Positions 25,563 to 35,556 of a DNA stretch of 64,000 bases are shown piece by piece (position 1 is the stretch's first letter; each line of letters starts with the position of its first letter). Location of the stretch: the IMG/VR virus record IMGVR_UViG_3300036766_000317, positions 27,825 through 91,824 of that record; one strand, 5' to 3'. The DNA is from a virus. Below the pieces are notes generated by a model. It was not told the DNA's origin and searched no databases. It saw only the letters and a list, made by a program, of their open reading frames with translations. A program made the translations under genes and the position numbers.

Positions 25563-26209
25563 ATATTGAAATTAAAAAGTGTTTAATACAAGGATGCCCA
25601 AATTCTCAAATGTCTTTAGGATTATGCGAAGAACACCGTTGTTGGAGACGACGGCACAAAAAGGGACGCACTGTTACCGATCCTAATGAATTTATAATAG
25701 AAGGAGGCATTTGCAGAATCATTTTATTTGATAGAAAAGGAAACAAGAATGGGGAGACTGTTATTGATGCGGAAGATATGAGAAAATGTAGACCATACAA
25801 ATGGGGAAATCATAACAACCGAGTTATATGTTCTAGTCTGGGAAATGTAGGAAGACTGCCTAATTTCCTAATGAATTTTACCTCTTCTCATAGGGTGCTT
25901 ATTGATCATAAAGATCGAGACCCTTTCAATAATCGGAAAAATAATTTCCGAATATGTAGTAAATCTGAAAATACTATGAATAGAGAAATACAAAGAAATA
26001 ATGTTTCCGGATATCGAGGGGTTAATTGGGATAATCGAAATAAAAAATGGGCAGTGGGAATCTACTGTGCAAATCAGTATTATTGGGTGGGTTCTTTTCC
26101 CACAAAAGAAGAAGCTGCTTTGGCTTATAATGCTAAGGCTAAAGAATTATTCGGAGAATTTGCTGTACTAAATAAAGTTCCTGAAATAGAAACACCACTC
26201 TTTTCCTAG
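25559..26209 (+). CDS. HNH endonuclease with AP2 domain
   Basis: IDHKDRDPFNNRKNNFR; SGYRGV..W..EAALAYN. Confidence 0.9.
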   Translation: MNIEIKKCLIQGCPNSQMSLGLCEEHRCWRRRHKKGRTVTDPNEFIIEGGICRIILFDRKGNKNGETVIDAEDMRKCRPYKWGNHNNRVICSSLGNVGRLPNFLMNFTSSHRVLIDHKDRDPFNNRKNNFRICSKSENTMNREIQRNNVSGYRGVNWDNRNKKWAVGIYCANQYYWVGSFPTKEEAALAYNAKAKELFGEFAVLNKVPEIETPLFS

Positions 26210-26221
26210 AAAGGAACCATT

Positions 26222-26749
26222 GTGCCGATAATATATTCGGACGATGAAAATCGATGTCTATTGGATGAACTGAAAAGTGCAAGCTCTGTTGTAAGAAGAG
26301 AATGCTTTACGGCTCTACATGAACTATGGCCAGGACTATTTTGTGGAAGAGAAAGATCACAACAAGGCCTGTTTATTCAAATGGTTCGATTAGCCAAAAA
26401 AAATAATATTCCTTTCATTGTAGCATCTGCACCCAAAAGAATAAGGAAACGATACAAAAAGACGGTGGCTTCCGCACTAACACCAGCCCCTGTTGTGCCT
26501 TCTAAAAAGCCCCCGAAAAAACCCAAGTTGCAAGAACAGATGCTGGCTATTCTTAGAAATGAATTGGGTTATGCAGAAAAAAGAGTAGTCAAACGGATTG
26601 CTATTCTTGTTTCGGAAGTAGCTACAGAAAATGTTAGACTTACATTAGAAATCAAAGAGCTTCGTTCCTTTAAAAAAGACTCTGAGATGACGAGAAATGA
26701 TGGTAAATCTCCGTTAATGGAGAGATATTATTTGAAAGTAGGTGATTAA
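26222..26749 (+). CDS. hypothetical basic protein
   Basis: ORF track. Confidence 0.6.
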   Translation: MPIIYSDDENRCLLDELKSASSVVRRECFTALHELWPGLFCGRERSQQGLFIQMVRLAKKNNIPFIVASAPKRIRKRYKKTVASALTPAPVVPSKKPPKKPKLQEQMLAILRNELGYAEKRVVKRIAILVSEVATENVRLTLEIKELRSFKKDSEMTRNDGKSPLMERYYLKVGD

Positions 26750-26927
26750 AATTCTGTTGTATTTATCGGGAAATTTTCCTCAACTGAGTAACATCAATAA
26801 AGAACAAACTATGGCTGAATCAGTTATTGCTATGGGATATGATTACCACAGACTCATGACATTTTATTATATTAAGGATTGCATCACCATTTTAACTGTG
26901 GCTAAAAATTTGGAGGAAAAGAAATGA
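26742..26927 (+). CDS. small protein resembling the N-terminal segment of DpdA/TGT-like proteins
   Basis: LYLSG...HRLMTFYY. Confidence 0.5.
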   Translation: MIKILLYLSGNFPQLSNINKEQTMAESVIAMGYDYHRLMTFYYIKDCITILTVAKNLEEKK

Positions 26928-27045
26928 AATTCTTTATAAGACTCTTAGCTGAAGTCTTTGAGTTCTTTGATTACTTCGTACATCTGGAAGGACAACGGAA
27001 TTCTGAGAAATATGAACCTTATAACTTTGGTTGGTTAAGGAGGAA

Positions 27046-28107
27046 ATGGAAGGTATGAAAATAAAAAGAATAGAACTCCGTGACATCTTAGCAAAGCTGA
27101 TTCCGGGATTAGCTAAGAGGGAATTTATTCCTGCATTGACCCACTTTATGTTCTTGTCGGAAGAGATCGTAACCTACAATGACAAAGTGGCCATCATACA
27201 TCCATTTGAAAATACGGAACATCCATTCAGCATTAAAGGAATGGAATTCTTCCGTATCATAGATGGTATGACTGATGACGAAATAACCATTCTTGTAGAA
27301 GAGGCCAAGATCAAGATACGTTCAAAAAGTACATCTGCAACGATGAAAATTCTAGGGGAGAATTTGAATAAACTCCCCGAATCAATTGCAGAGTTGAAGA
27401 AAGGACAGAAGGGATGGAAAGAGTTACCAGAAGATTTCTTAGAAGGTATTTCTCTATGCTCTTTTTCTACTTCCCCCGATCTGTCTAAGGGAATCATGGC
27501 TTGTGTATGGATCATCGGGGATACCTGCTATTCATTAGACCATGCTCGGTCAAGCCGTTTCAAGATGTCTTCCGAGATGCCAGATATTTTATACCTTATA
27601 GGCAAAGAATGCTCCGAGCTGGTAAAATTTCCAGTAACTGAATACTGTACAGATAAAAAGTGGGCTCATTTTCGTACAGAGGACGGAGTTGTTTTCAGTT
27701 GTATGCCCATGAAAGGATCATATCCTTTAGAGAAAGTGAATGCCGCTTATGACACAGCCTTACACAGTTCTATGGTACAATTGCCAAAAGAACTGAAATC
27801 TATTGTGGACAGTGTTGTTGTCTTAGCTGGATTGCTTGAGAACAATGTTGGCAGATGGATTGAATTGACTTTGCAGGACGGAGAAATCTTTGTGAAAGCA
27901 ACGAGTGAGTTGGGAGAAGTGGAAAAGACCATCCCTTGTAAATATGATGCTGATCCTATTTCATTACGACTGAATGTGAAGTTCCTCAGTCAGATTCTGG
28001 ATAAAGCTACTTCTCTGTCTAAGAATGAGGGAATGGTTCATTTTAAGAGCGGGCCGTTCCAACATATTATGGCACAGACAAGTAAACCTTCTACGGAGAC
28101 AAAATAG
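27046..28107 (+). CDS. DNA sliding clamp (DnaN/beta-like)
   Basis: About 350 aa, MKIKRIELRDILAKL, GSYP, LNVKFLSQIL; adjacent to polymerase. Confidence 0.72.
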   Translation: MEGMKIKRIELRDILAKLIPGLAKREFIPALTHFMFLSEEIVTYNDKVAIIHPFENTEHPFSIKGMEFFRIIDGMTDDEITILVEEAKIKIRSKSTSATMKILGENLNKLPESIAELKKGQKGWKELPEDFLEGISLCSFSTSPDLSKGIMACVWIIGDTCYSLDHARSSRFKMSSEMPDILYLIGKECSELVKFPVTEYCTDKKWAHFRTEDGVVFSCMPMKGSYPLEKVNAAYDTALHSSMVQLPKELKSIVDSVVVLAGLLENNVGRWIELTLQDGEIFVKATSELGEVEKTIPCKYDADPISLRLNVKFLSQILDKATSLSKNEGMVHFKSGPFQHIMAQTSKPSTETK

Positions 28108-28194
28108 ATGCTAACCAAAAGAGAGAAGATTCTGGTAATTATTCTAACGGCACTAACAGTACTGGTAGCTATTATTCAATCATATAGGTGAACT

Positions 28195-30780
28195 GTGGAA
28201 GGCTTCTTCGATCTATCTGATATGGTTACAGAATCTACTGACCACATGTGTTCTCAATGTGGTCTAGATAGAGGGTGTAAGCATCCTCGTATAGAACCAT
28301 CAGGGGAGAACCGGCTTGATACTCTGATCATAGCAGAAGCCCCCGGAGAAGATGAAGATTTAGAAGGAACCCAGTTGATAGGGGAAGTTGGTCAGTTCTT
28401 CCGAAAGTTATTATCCCAAAGGGATCTTAATTTAGATAAGGACTTCAAAAAGACCAATAGTTTACGTTGTCGGCCCCCTGGAAATAGGGAGCCTACTAGA
28501 CAGGAGCTTGTCTGCTGCCATCCACATATTGATAAACTGATTCGGGAAATTAAACCTAAGTTTATATGGTTGATGGGAGCTGCTGCAATCGAATCCTATT
28601 TCATGTCACGATTCTCCACACTGACACCTACTCGATGGAGAGGATTGTGCATTCCTGATTTTGAATCAGGAGCTTGGATTATCCCTATCTTTCATCCATC
28701 TTATGCAAAAAGGAATGAGGATAATCCCATACTACTTTCCCAATACATCAGGGACCTTGATTTTGCTATTAAATGTATCAAAACAAAGCCCGACATCCGT
28801 TCAATTCCCCGTCCCGATCTTGATTCCGTTCGTATCATCAAAGATTATGACGAAGTTTGTGATTGTTTGGAAGACTTGATTGACCACCCTCCTGAATTTT
28901 TATTCTATGACTATGAAACTACAGGACTGAAACCATATAGAGCAGGGCATAAGATTGCTTCCGTATCCTATAGTGTGAATAAGAAAGCAGTGGCTTTTCC
29001 TCTTCAACGACACTGGACTCTTTTGATGCAGAAGGAGATTGAAAAGAGATGGAAGAAAGTTCTTGAAGGCCCCTCTAAAAAGATAGCTCATAACATTCCG
29101 TTTGAAGATGTGTGGTCTAGGATCATCCTCAACACCGTTCCTAGAAACTGGCACTGGTGTACGATGACCGCTGCCCACATCATCGACAACAGACCGAAAT
29201 ATACGGGATTGAAGTTTCAATCGTTTCTTCATTGGGGACTTCCTGATTATAGTAAAAGCATTTCTCCTTATCTGAATCAATCCGATGAAAGAGGATTCAA
29301 TCGAGTAATGGAAGCCCCTCTGAATCAGCTCCTGCAATATGGGGCAATCGATTCTTTAATGTGTGAATGGTTGTATTGGCAACAGCAACCTTTGATCGAT
29401 TCCCACTTAGCAAAGGGTCTTGATCTATTCATTGAGGGAGATTTGACTTTCGCAGACATGCAGATTAACGGGATTAACGTGGATGCCGACTATTACAAGC
29501 GTTCCCATATTGAGTTAGAGCATAGAATCGAAGAGCGAAAGAAAGAGCTGTTGGAGTTCGATGAATGCAAGCTATTTCTCAAAGAGACGGGAAGGGAAAT
29601 CAATCTCGGATCATCTGACGATTTGCGACTTTTGTTTTACAACCTATTGAAACTTTCCCCATTGAAGAAAACTGATAAAGGCACTCCACAAGTGGATGCT
29701 GATTCCTTAGCGAAGATTGAAAGTCCACTTGCAAAAGAAATAACTGCCTTGGCTAAGATTAAGAAAGTAGATGGGACATACATATCCCAATTTATGAGGG
29801 AGATTGATGATGACGGAAGGATTCATCCGTTCTTTAACCTTAATACAGTAAGAACGTATCGCTCCAGTGGAGATCGGCCCAACATACAAAATACCCCCGT
29901 CCGTAATGAAGAGGCTAAACGATATGCCAGGTCTGGCATAAAACCCTCTTCGGGATGGATAATACTTGACTGGGACTATAACGCAAATGAGGTGAAAACC
30001 GGTGCATGTTATACACAAGACCCCGAATTGATCCGTTATTGTAAAGATCCTACCACAGATATGCACAGAGATTCTGCCAGGGAAATCTTTGTTTTGCCAA
30101 AAGCTGTTGATTCTTTTTGGAAAGATAAACAGACGGGCAGTAAACTTCGATTCTTTGTTAAGAATGGTTTTATATTTCCTGAGTGGTATGGATCTTATTA
30201 CAGAAATTGTGCTACAAATATTTGGAGGGAATGTTCTAAATTGAAAACTGACTCAGGCATTACTGTCTTAGAACATCTACAGAATGTTGGTATCATAACA
30301 AAGGTAAGTAAAGCAGAGGAGCAATTCATTGAGCATGTCAGAGATGTAGAAAAAGATTATTGGAAAAAATTCAATGTATTCAAGAAGTGGCAGGAGGAAC
30401 ATTATCGAAGATACGAAAAGAATGGGTATATAGAACTGTTCACAGGATTCCGTTGTTCCGGTTATTTAGGCAGGAATGAGTTGGTTAACTATTTATTCCA
30501 GGGCACCGCATTTCATTGGCTTCTGTGGAGTGTCATTCAGATCAATGCCGAATTCCGAGAGCGTAAGATGGAATCAAAGGTTATTGCTCAGATACATGAT
30601 AATGCCATTCTCGACTGCCCCCCTGATGAAAAAGAAGATGTCATTGGTCTTTGTACAGAAGTTGCTACACAACGATTGAGGGAACAGTATCCTTGGATCA
30701 TTGTTCCTTTGGCTATCGAGTGGGAGGAAACGGGCATCGACCAATCGTGGTATTCTAAATCCGATATTAAGGAGGATTAG
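28195..30780 (+). CDS. family A DNA polymerase with N-terminal family-4 uracil-DNA glycosylase-like domain and 3'-5' exonuclease
   Basis: CSQC, AEAPG, CRPPGNREP, FHPSY; DYETTGL, HNIPFE, YGAID; PNIQN, DYNANE, KNGFIFPEWYG, QIHD. Confidence 0.93.
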   Translation: MEGFFDLSDMVTESTDHMCSQCGLDRGCKHPRIEPSGENRLDTLIIAEAPGEDEDLEGTQLIGEVGQFFRKLLSQRDLNLDKDFKKTNSLRCRPPGNREPTRQELVCCHPHIDKLIREIKPKFIWLMGAAAIESYFMSRFSTLTPTRWRGLCIPDFESGAWIIPIFHPSYAKRNEDNPILLSQYIRDLDFAIKCIKTKPDIRSIPRPDLDSVRIIKDYDEVCDCLEDLIDHPPEFLFYDYETTGLKPYRAGHKIASVSYSVNKKAVAFPLQRHWTLLMQKEIEKRWKKVLEGPSKKIAHNIPFEDVWSRIILNTVPRNWHWCTMTAAHIIDNRPKYTGLKFQSFLHWGLPDYSKSISPYLNQSDERGFNRVMEAPLNQLLQYGAIDSLMCEWLYWQQQPLIDSHLAKGLDLFIEGDLTFADMQINGINVDADYYKRSHIELEHRIEERKKELLEFDECKLFLKETGREINLGSSDDLRLLFYNLLKLSPLKKTDKGTPQVDADSLAKIESPLAKEITALAKIKKVDGTYISQFMREIDDDGRIHPFFNLNTVRTYRSSGDRPNIQNTPVRNEEAKRYARSGIKPSSGWIILDWDYNANEVKTGACYTQDPELIRYCKDPTTDMHRDSAREIFVLPKAVDSFWKDKQTGSKLRFFVKNGFIFPEWYGSYYRNCATNIWRECSKLKTDSGITVLEHLQNVGIITKVSKAEEQFIEHVRDVEKDYWKKFNVFKKWQEEHYRRYEKNGYIELFTGFRCSGYLGRNELVNYLFQGTAFHWLLWSVIQINAEFRERKMESKVIAQIHDNAILDCPPDEKEDVIGLCTEVATQRLREQYPWIIVPLAIEWEETGIDQSWYSKSDIKED

Positions 30781-30781
30781 T

Positions 30782-31000
30782 ATGACACAAAAATTATGGA
30801 AGACAGCGGTATGTTTCTTCGGCTTAATGGTTGAAAAATTGATCCATCAACACAACACCCATGGGTTTTCAGGATGGGATTCAGAATCAAATGTTTCCAA
30901 TGCAACGCTTCTTCGTAAACTGCGTGAGAATATAGAAAAAGAGGATTGGGTTGATGTAGCCAATCTGGCTATGATTCTTGATTACCGAAGAGGTACTTAA
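30782..31000 (+). CDS. small helical protein (DWVDVANLAM motif, MazG-like?)
   Basis: Start after AAGGAGG. Confidence 0.55.
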   Translation: MTQKLWKTAVCFFGLMVEKLIHQHNTHGFSGWDSESNVSNATLLRKLRENIEKEDWVDVANLAMILDYRRGT

Positions 31001-31027
31001 AATTTGATATTAAGGAGGATTAGAAAA

Positions 31028-31192
31028 ATGTATGTAAAAATCAAATACATAGATGGGACGGAACAAAAAGAATACTGTGAAAGTTTCTCAGTTACAAAAT
31101 ACGGCAACCTACTTTCTATTTGCAAAGGACGAAACGAACACATCATATACATAAATATGCAAACCGTCAAATCTTTTCAAGAGGAGGATTAG
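31028..31192 (+). CDS. hypothetical protein
   Basis: SD AAGGAGG. Confidence 0.6.
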   Translation: MYVKIKYIDGTEQKEYCESFSVTKYGNLLSICKGRNEHIIYINMQTVKSFQEED

Positions 31193-31193
31193 T

Positions 31194-31511
31194 ATGTCCT
31201 TGCACATAAAAGATATAGATTTAACAGAGACCACAACTAGATATTTACTAAGAAATCTACGAATAGTGCTATCTGCACCTGATTTAACTGAACAAATGGC
31301 TCAGATTATATTAGACGAAGGAGGTTATTTTGTTTACCATGAAAATGAATTACTTGGTATATCTCCATTTAACTCAGATTTTGAATGGAAACCTACTTCC
31401 TTCTTTCTAGCTAAAGGAACTGATCTTAAAATAGCCCCTTTAATATATGGAGAAGGAAACTGTATTGGTTTTATAAGACTAGAGGAAAATAACTATGCCA
31501 CTCCATATTGA
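31194..31511 (+). CDS. hypothetical protein
   Basis: ORF track; SD GAGGAGG. Confidence 0.6.
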   Translation: MSLHIKDIDLTETTTRYLLRNLRIVLSAPDLTEQMAQIILDEGGYFVYHENELLGISPFNSDFEWKPTSFFLAKGTDLKIAPLIYGEGNCIGFIRLEENNYATPY

Positions 31512-32412
31512 GCACCGCCCAAAACAGTTATCCGAGATATTCGGAAACAAAGCCCTTGTAGATAGTCTAGAAACAATCATGTCCAGGAAGTCGGACTATC
31601 CTCATGCTATTCTTATTCATGGTCCTTCAGGGTGTGGGAAGACAACCATAGCTCGTATCATTGGAACCTTACTAGAATGTGAAACCATTGAAGAATACAA
31701 TATGTCCAACACAAGAGGAATTGATACTATACGGGAACTCAATGATGCTTGTATGTATCTCCCTCTAATGGGAAATACCCGTGTGTATATCTTCGATGAG
31801 GTTCACCGCCAAACTAAAGATGCCCAGAATGCCATGCTAAAGCTGTTAGAAGATCCGCCCGCTCATGTGTACATTATTCTTTGTACCACGGATCCCGAAC
31901 AACTTCTTCCTACAGTCAGGGGAAGATGTCATACTTACCAAGTGAGACCTCTAAAATCAGATGAAATGATGGCTCTACTTAAATCCGTTTTGAAGAAGGA
32001 AAAAGTAGAAGACTACCCGGAAAAGATACTGAGAGAAATAGCCCTATTATCAGAAGGACATCCGCGTAATGCCCTCGTTATGTTGGATTCTATAATAGAC
32101 TTAACCGACACAGATACAGCTCTTGCAGTGCTGTCTACCATCTCAACAGTTGAAGCATCGACTAAAGAGATTTGTCAAGCTATCTTAAAAGGACAATCAT
32201 GGGACAGCATACGAGAGACGGTAAAGAACGTCCTTCTTGAGACTGAACCAGAAAAGATACGACAATCGGTTCTTGGTTACATGACTTCCGTTGTCCTTAA
32301 CTGCAAAACACACGACAAAGCTGTTGCCATCATCGATATCTTTTCCGAAACCATATTCTATAACGGACGATCTGGAATTGTGAAGATGATTTATGCAGCT
32401 TTGAAACAGTAG
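31495..32412 (+). CDS. clamp loader AAA+ ATPase (DnaX gamma/tau-like)
   Basis: HRP, GPSGCGKTT, IFDEVH, AQNAMLKLLEDPP, TVRGRC, GHPRNAL. Confidence 0.92.
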   Translation: MPLHIEHRPKQLSEIFGNKALVDSLETIMSRKSDYPHAILIHGPSGCGKTTIARIIGTLLECETIEEYNMSNTRGIDTIRELNDACMYLPLMGNTRVYIFDEVHRQTKDAQNAMLKLLEDPPAHVYIILCTTDPEQLLPTVRGRCHTYQVRPLKSDEMMALLKSVLKKEKVEDYPEKILREIALLSEGHPRNALVMLDSIIDLTDTDTALAVLSTISTVEASTKEICQAILKGQSWDSIRETVKNVLLETEPEKIRQSVLGYMTSVVLNCKTHDKAVAIIDIFSETIFYNGRSGIVKMIYAALKQ

Positions 32413-32416
32413 AAAT

Positions 32417-32444
32417 TGGACATCCTTGAAAACTTTGCTATACT
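32417..32444 (+). promoter_or_regulatory. probable promoter
   Basis: TGGACA-16 bp-TATACT with TG extension. Confidence 0.55.
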
Positions 32445-32459
32445 TTTTATGAACGTGAG

Positions 32460-32993
32460 GTGATGAATATGGATAGAAAAACTCTAAAGGATTCTCTGAA
32501 GTTGGATATTATGTCTCTGGACACCGCTTGTCTTGAACAAGCTTCTCTCTACGAAGAAATGGGGGAAGATTGGGCTGAAGCTATTGCTGAACGGGATAGG
32601 GTCAAGGAACGATTGACAGCAAAACGTGCCGAGATAGATGAAGATGTTAGGAAACATCCAGAAAACTATGGTAGTGGGGACAAGATCACGGAAACCTGGA
32701 TAGCTAACAAAGTATCCCAGAATGCTGAAATCGTTACTTTAAATGATGAATTGATCACTTGTCAGTATGATGTCAACATGCTGTCTACTGGTAAAGAGTC
32801 CATCGAACATCGCGGCAATGCCCTTAAATTCCTTATTGAATTGTATAAAGGAAATTACTTTGCGGCTTCTTCAAGACGTTTTCCGGAAGCAGCCGAAGCT
32901 GCGGCAACTTCTCAAGATAATCAAGGCAAGTCGATGGATAATCATCCGAGATTACTGAAAAGAAGGATTCAGAGCAATGGGCAATCTTCCTGA
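32460..32993 (+). CDS. UvsY-like recombination mediator
   Basis: Helical, KITETWIANKV; upstream of SSB and RecA. Confidence 0.55.
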   Translation: MMNMDRKTLKDSLKLDIMSLDTACLEQASLYEEMGEDWAEAIAERDRVKERLTAKRAEIDEDVRKHPENYGSGDKITETWIANKVSQNAEIVTLNDELITCQYDVNMLSTGKESIEHRGNALKFLIELYKGNYFAASSRRFPEAAEAAATSQDNQGKSMDNHPRLLKRRIQSNGQSS

Positions 32994-33131
32994 TTGGCTG
33001 AAGACAGCCGGTCTGTTAATAGGTGTCCCGGTATATCTATACATTTTGCTACGTTGGATGACTTCGGCTGTTGTAAGGTCATACTTTGAAATAAAACAGG
33101 AATTTCAATCAATAAATAAGAAGGAGGTTGT

Positions 33132-34166
33132 ATGAACACACAACAAAGAAGGGAATTGTATAGGAAGGAATCAAACCAACGGCATGAAGAAAGTTATGCC
33201 AACAGAGAGGACACTGGACGTTTCCGAGATATCTTCGATTCCGTAGCCAAGTCGGGGGTTACTTTCTGGAAAGACAAAGAGGATGATCATGACATCTACA
33301 TCGTGCCTTACGTTACTGGAAAGAATCATCCCCGCATCGCTGAAGGAAAGATGGCCATCACCTGTGATGTGTTCGTTCACAGAGGCATCGGCGTCAATCA
33401 GGATAGCTTTGTCTGCCTGAACAAATCTTACGGAAAGAAATGCCCCGTCTGTGAATACCAAGCGGAGCTTCGGGACGCAGAAGATGCGGATGAAGATGCT
33501 GTAAGGGCTTTGAATGCTTCTCGGCGAAGTCTTTACAACATCGTTTGTCTTGATACACCAGCGACACGGGATAAAGGGGTACAGGTGTGGAACGTATCTC
33601 ATTATCTATTCACCATCCCCCTCGAAGAACTTGCCCATAAGAAGAAGGGCGGAGGGAATGTTCTTTATGGGGATATTGACAAAGGGAAGGTCATTTCTTT
33701 CCGGCGTAAAGGCACCAAATTAAATACAGAATACACTGCTTTTGAGTTCAAGGATCGGGACGAAATTCCTGACACCATTCTCGATAGCGCCGTATGTCTC
33801 GACAATCTGATCCATATCCCGACAGACGAGGAAGTCTCTACAGCTTTCTGGGAGTCAAAAGAAGGGGAAGAGAAACCTTCTGAGACAGAGAAAGAAGAGC
33901 GGAAGCCGAAAGAGGAAGTAAGAAAGACAGAAACCACAGTAGAAGAGAAGGATGTCCCTGAATCCATAACTGAATCGGGGGAATTGGAATGTCCTTCTGG
34001 GGCTGTTATCGGCAAGGACTACAATCAGTATGAGGAATGCCGTCCTTGCGAAGAGCGAAAGGCTTGTCGCGCTCTGCTCGACAAAATGGAGGAAGAGACC
34101 GAAGCTAAGAAGAAAGCGGAGGCAAAAGCCCCTGAGAAGAAGAAACTCACCAGAAGGGAGAAGTAA
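33132..34166 (+). CDS. single-stranded DNA-binding protein (gp32-like)
   Basis: VH..VCL...CPVCE zinc site, acidic tail; context. Confidence 0.7.
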   Translation: MNTQQRRELYRKESNQRHEESYANREDTGRFRDIFDSVAKSGVTFWKDKEDDHDIYIVPYVTGKNHPRIAEGKMAITCDVFVHRGIGVNQDSFVCLNKSYGKKCPVCEYQAELRDAEDADEDAVRALNASRRSLYNIVCLDTPATRDKGVQVWNVSHYLFTIPLEELAHKKKGGGNVLYGDIDKGKVISFRRKGTKLNTEYTAFEFKDRDEIPDTILDSAVCLDNLIHIPTDEEVSTAFWESKEGEEKPSETEKEERKPKEEVRKTETTVEEKDVPESITESGELECPSGAVIGKDYNQYEECRPCEERKACRALLDKMEEETEAKKKAEAKAPEKKKLTRREK

Positions 34167-35251
34167 TGTCAACGATCATTAAGAAAAAAGTACAGGAGAT
34201 TAAAGAAGCCATCGAATCTCCTGTAGACAATGATCTCTCCTTCATCTCTCGCACCATCAATGTGGACCTTGTTGTTTCAACAGGGTCCACATTGCTCGAT
34301 CTATCTATTTCGGGAAAGAGGGTAAGAGGGGGAGGACTTCCTGGTGGGGTACTTGTAGAAATCTTCGGTCGATCTCAGTCAGGGAAGACGGCTATACTAT
34401 CTGAGATTTTGGCATCTGTGCAATCCCATGGTGGGGAGACTGAAATAGAGGATCCAGAGGGCCGAGTTGATGCAGAATACACCCGGGTTTTCGGAGTAAA
34501 CATTAAAGAAAAATATAGTTATAGTCGTCCAGATACAGTAGATCAGATTTTCGCAAATGCTCAAGCATGGAAACCTGAAAATCCTAATGTCATTAATGCC
34601 CGAGGCACAGACTCTTTAGCCGCTCTAACTACTGATTTAGAAATGGGTCCTAAAGGGGACAAAATGGGCATGAGGAGAGGAAAAGAATTCTCTGCCGGAT
34701 TTAGAAAGACAGCCCGTCTTATAGCTAATAATAATTGGCTATGGGTTTGTACGAACCAAGTTCGACAAGGCGATTACGGAGAAACTACTCCAGGTGGAAT
34801 GGCCACCGGCTTCTACGCTTCTGTCCGTATACAGTTACGACAACAGGAGAAGATCGAAAAATCCATCACTCTTGAAAAAGAAAAAACAGGATCGGAAGAG
34901 AAGAAGGAAAAAAAGGACAAGAAGTCTGGGGTGGAAGTTACGAAAGTAATTGGCATATTGACAGAAGCCACGGTAATCAAAAGCATCGATGATCCGTATC
35001 GAGTAGCTCCAATCTATATCATATTCGGATATGGTGTCGATGACATTCGAGGTAACCTACAATATTGTAAAGACATGACTAATAATACCACCTACTCTTG
35101 TCCAGATGGTAGAACCTTTGTCTCAATTAATATGGCTATTCAGCATATTGAAAACGAAAATTTGGAAAAGGTTCTGAAAGAAAGAACTATTGATCTTTGG
35201 GAAGAAATCGAAAAGAAGTTTGAAGCCAAACGCAATCCGAAAGTGAGGTAG
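34166..35251 (+). CDS. recA: RecA/UvsX-like recombinase
   Basis: STGSTLLD, EIFGRSQSGKT, DSLAAL, NQVR, TTPGG, FYASVRI. Confidence 0.92.
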   Translation: MSTIIKKKVQEIKEAIESPVDNDLSFISRTINVDLVVSTGSTLLDLSISGKRVRGGGLPGGVLVEIFGRSQSGKTAILSEILASVQSHGGETEIEDPEGRVDAEYTRVFGVNIKEKYSYSRPDTVDQIFANAQAWKPENPNVINARGTDSLAALTTDLEMGPKGDKMGMRRGKEFSAGFRKTARLIANNNWLWVCTNQVRQGDYGETTPGGMATGFYASVRIQLRQQEKIEKSITLEKEKTGSEEKKEKKDKKSGVEVTKVIGILTEATVIKSIDDPYRVAPIYIIFGYGVDDIRGNLQYCKDMTNNTTYSCPDGRTFVSINMAIQHIENENLEKVLKERTIDLWEEIEKKFEAKRNPKVR

Positions 35252-35253
35252 AA

Positions 35254-35556
35254 ATGGACGATCATTGGAAAACAGAGGTGTCTGCACATATTGGCACAAA
35301 CGTCTTTTTCCTTGAAACACTAGGGCCCATTATGGGTTCCATTGCCAGAACAAATGAAGGCGGTCTTTTCATTCTGAGTCCAAGAGCTGTAGGTCCTCAG
35401 GGATTAGGACGACTTCCTGGACTACCTGACAAGGTATTTCTGCTTACAAAACCTCTCTACATCTGGCCCGTCAAAGCCCCAGATGTTTTAGCTGCATATA
35501 CAAAATCAACCACAGGTCTTATTTTGGTAAACAAAATATCCCCGGTGCCAAAATGA
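35254..35556 (+). CDS. hypothetical protein
   Basis: ORF track. Confidence 0.6.
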   Translation: MDDHWKTEVSAHIGTNVFFLETLGPIMGSIARTNEGGLFILSPRAVGPQGLGRLPGLPDKVFLLTKPLYIWPVKAPDVLAAYTKSTTGLILVNKISPVPK

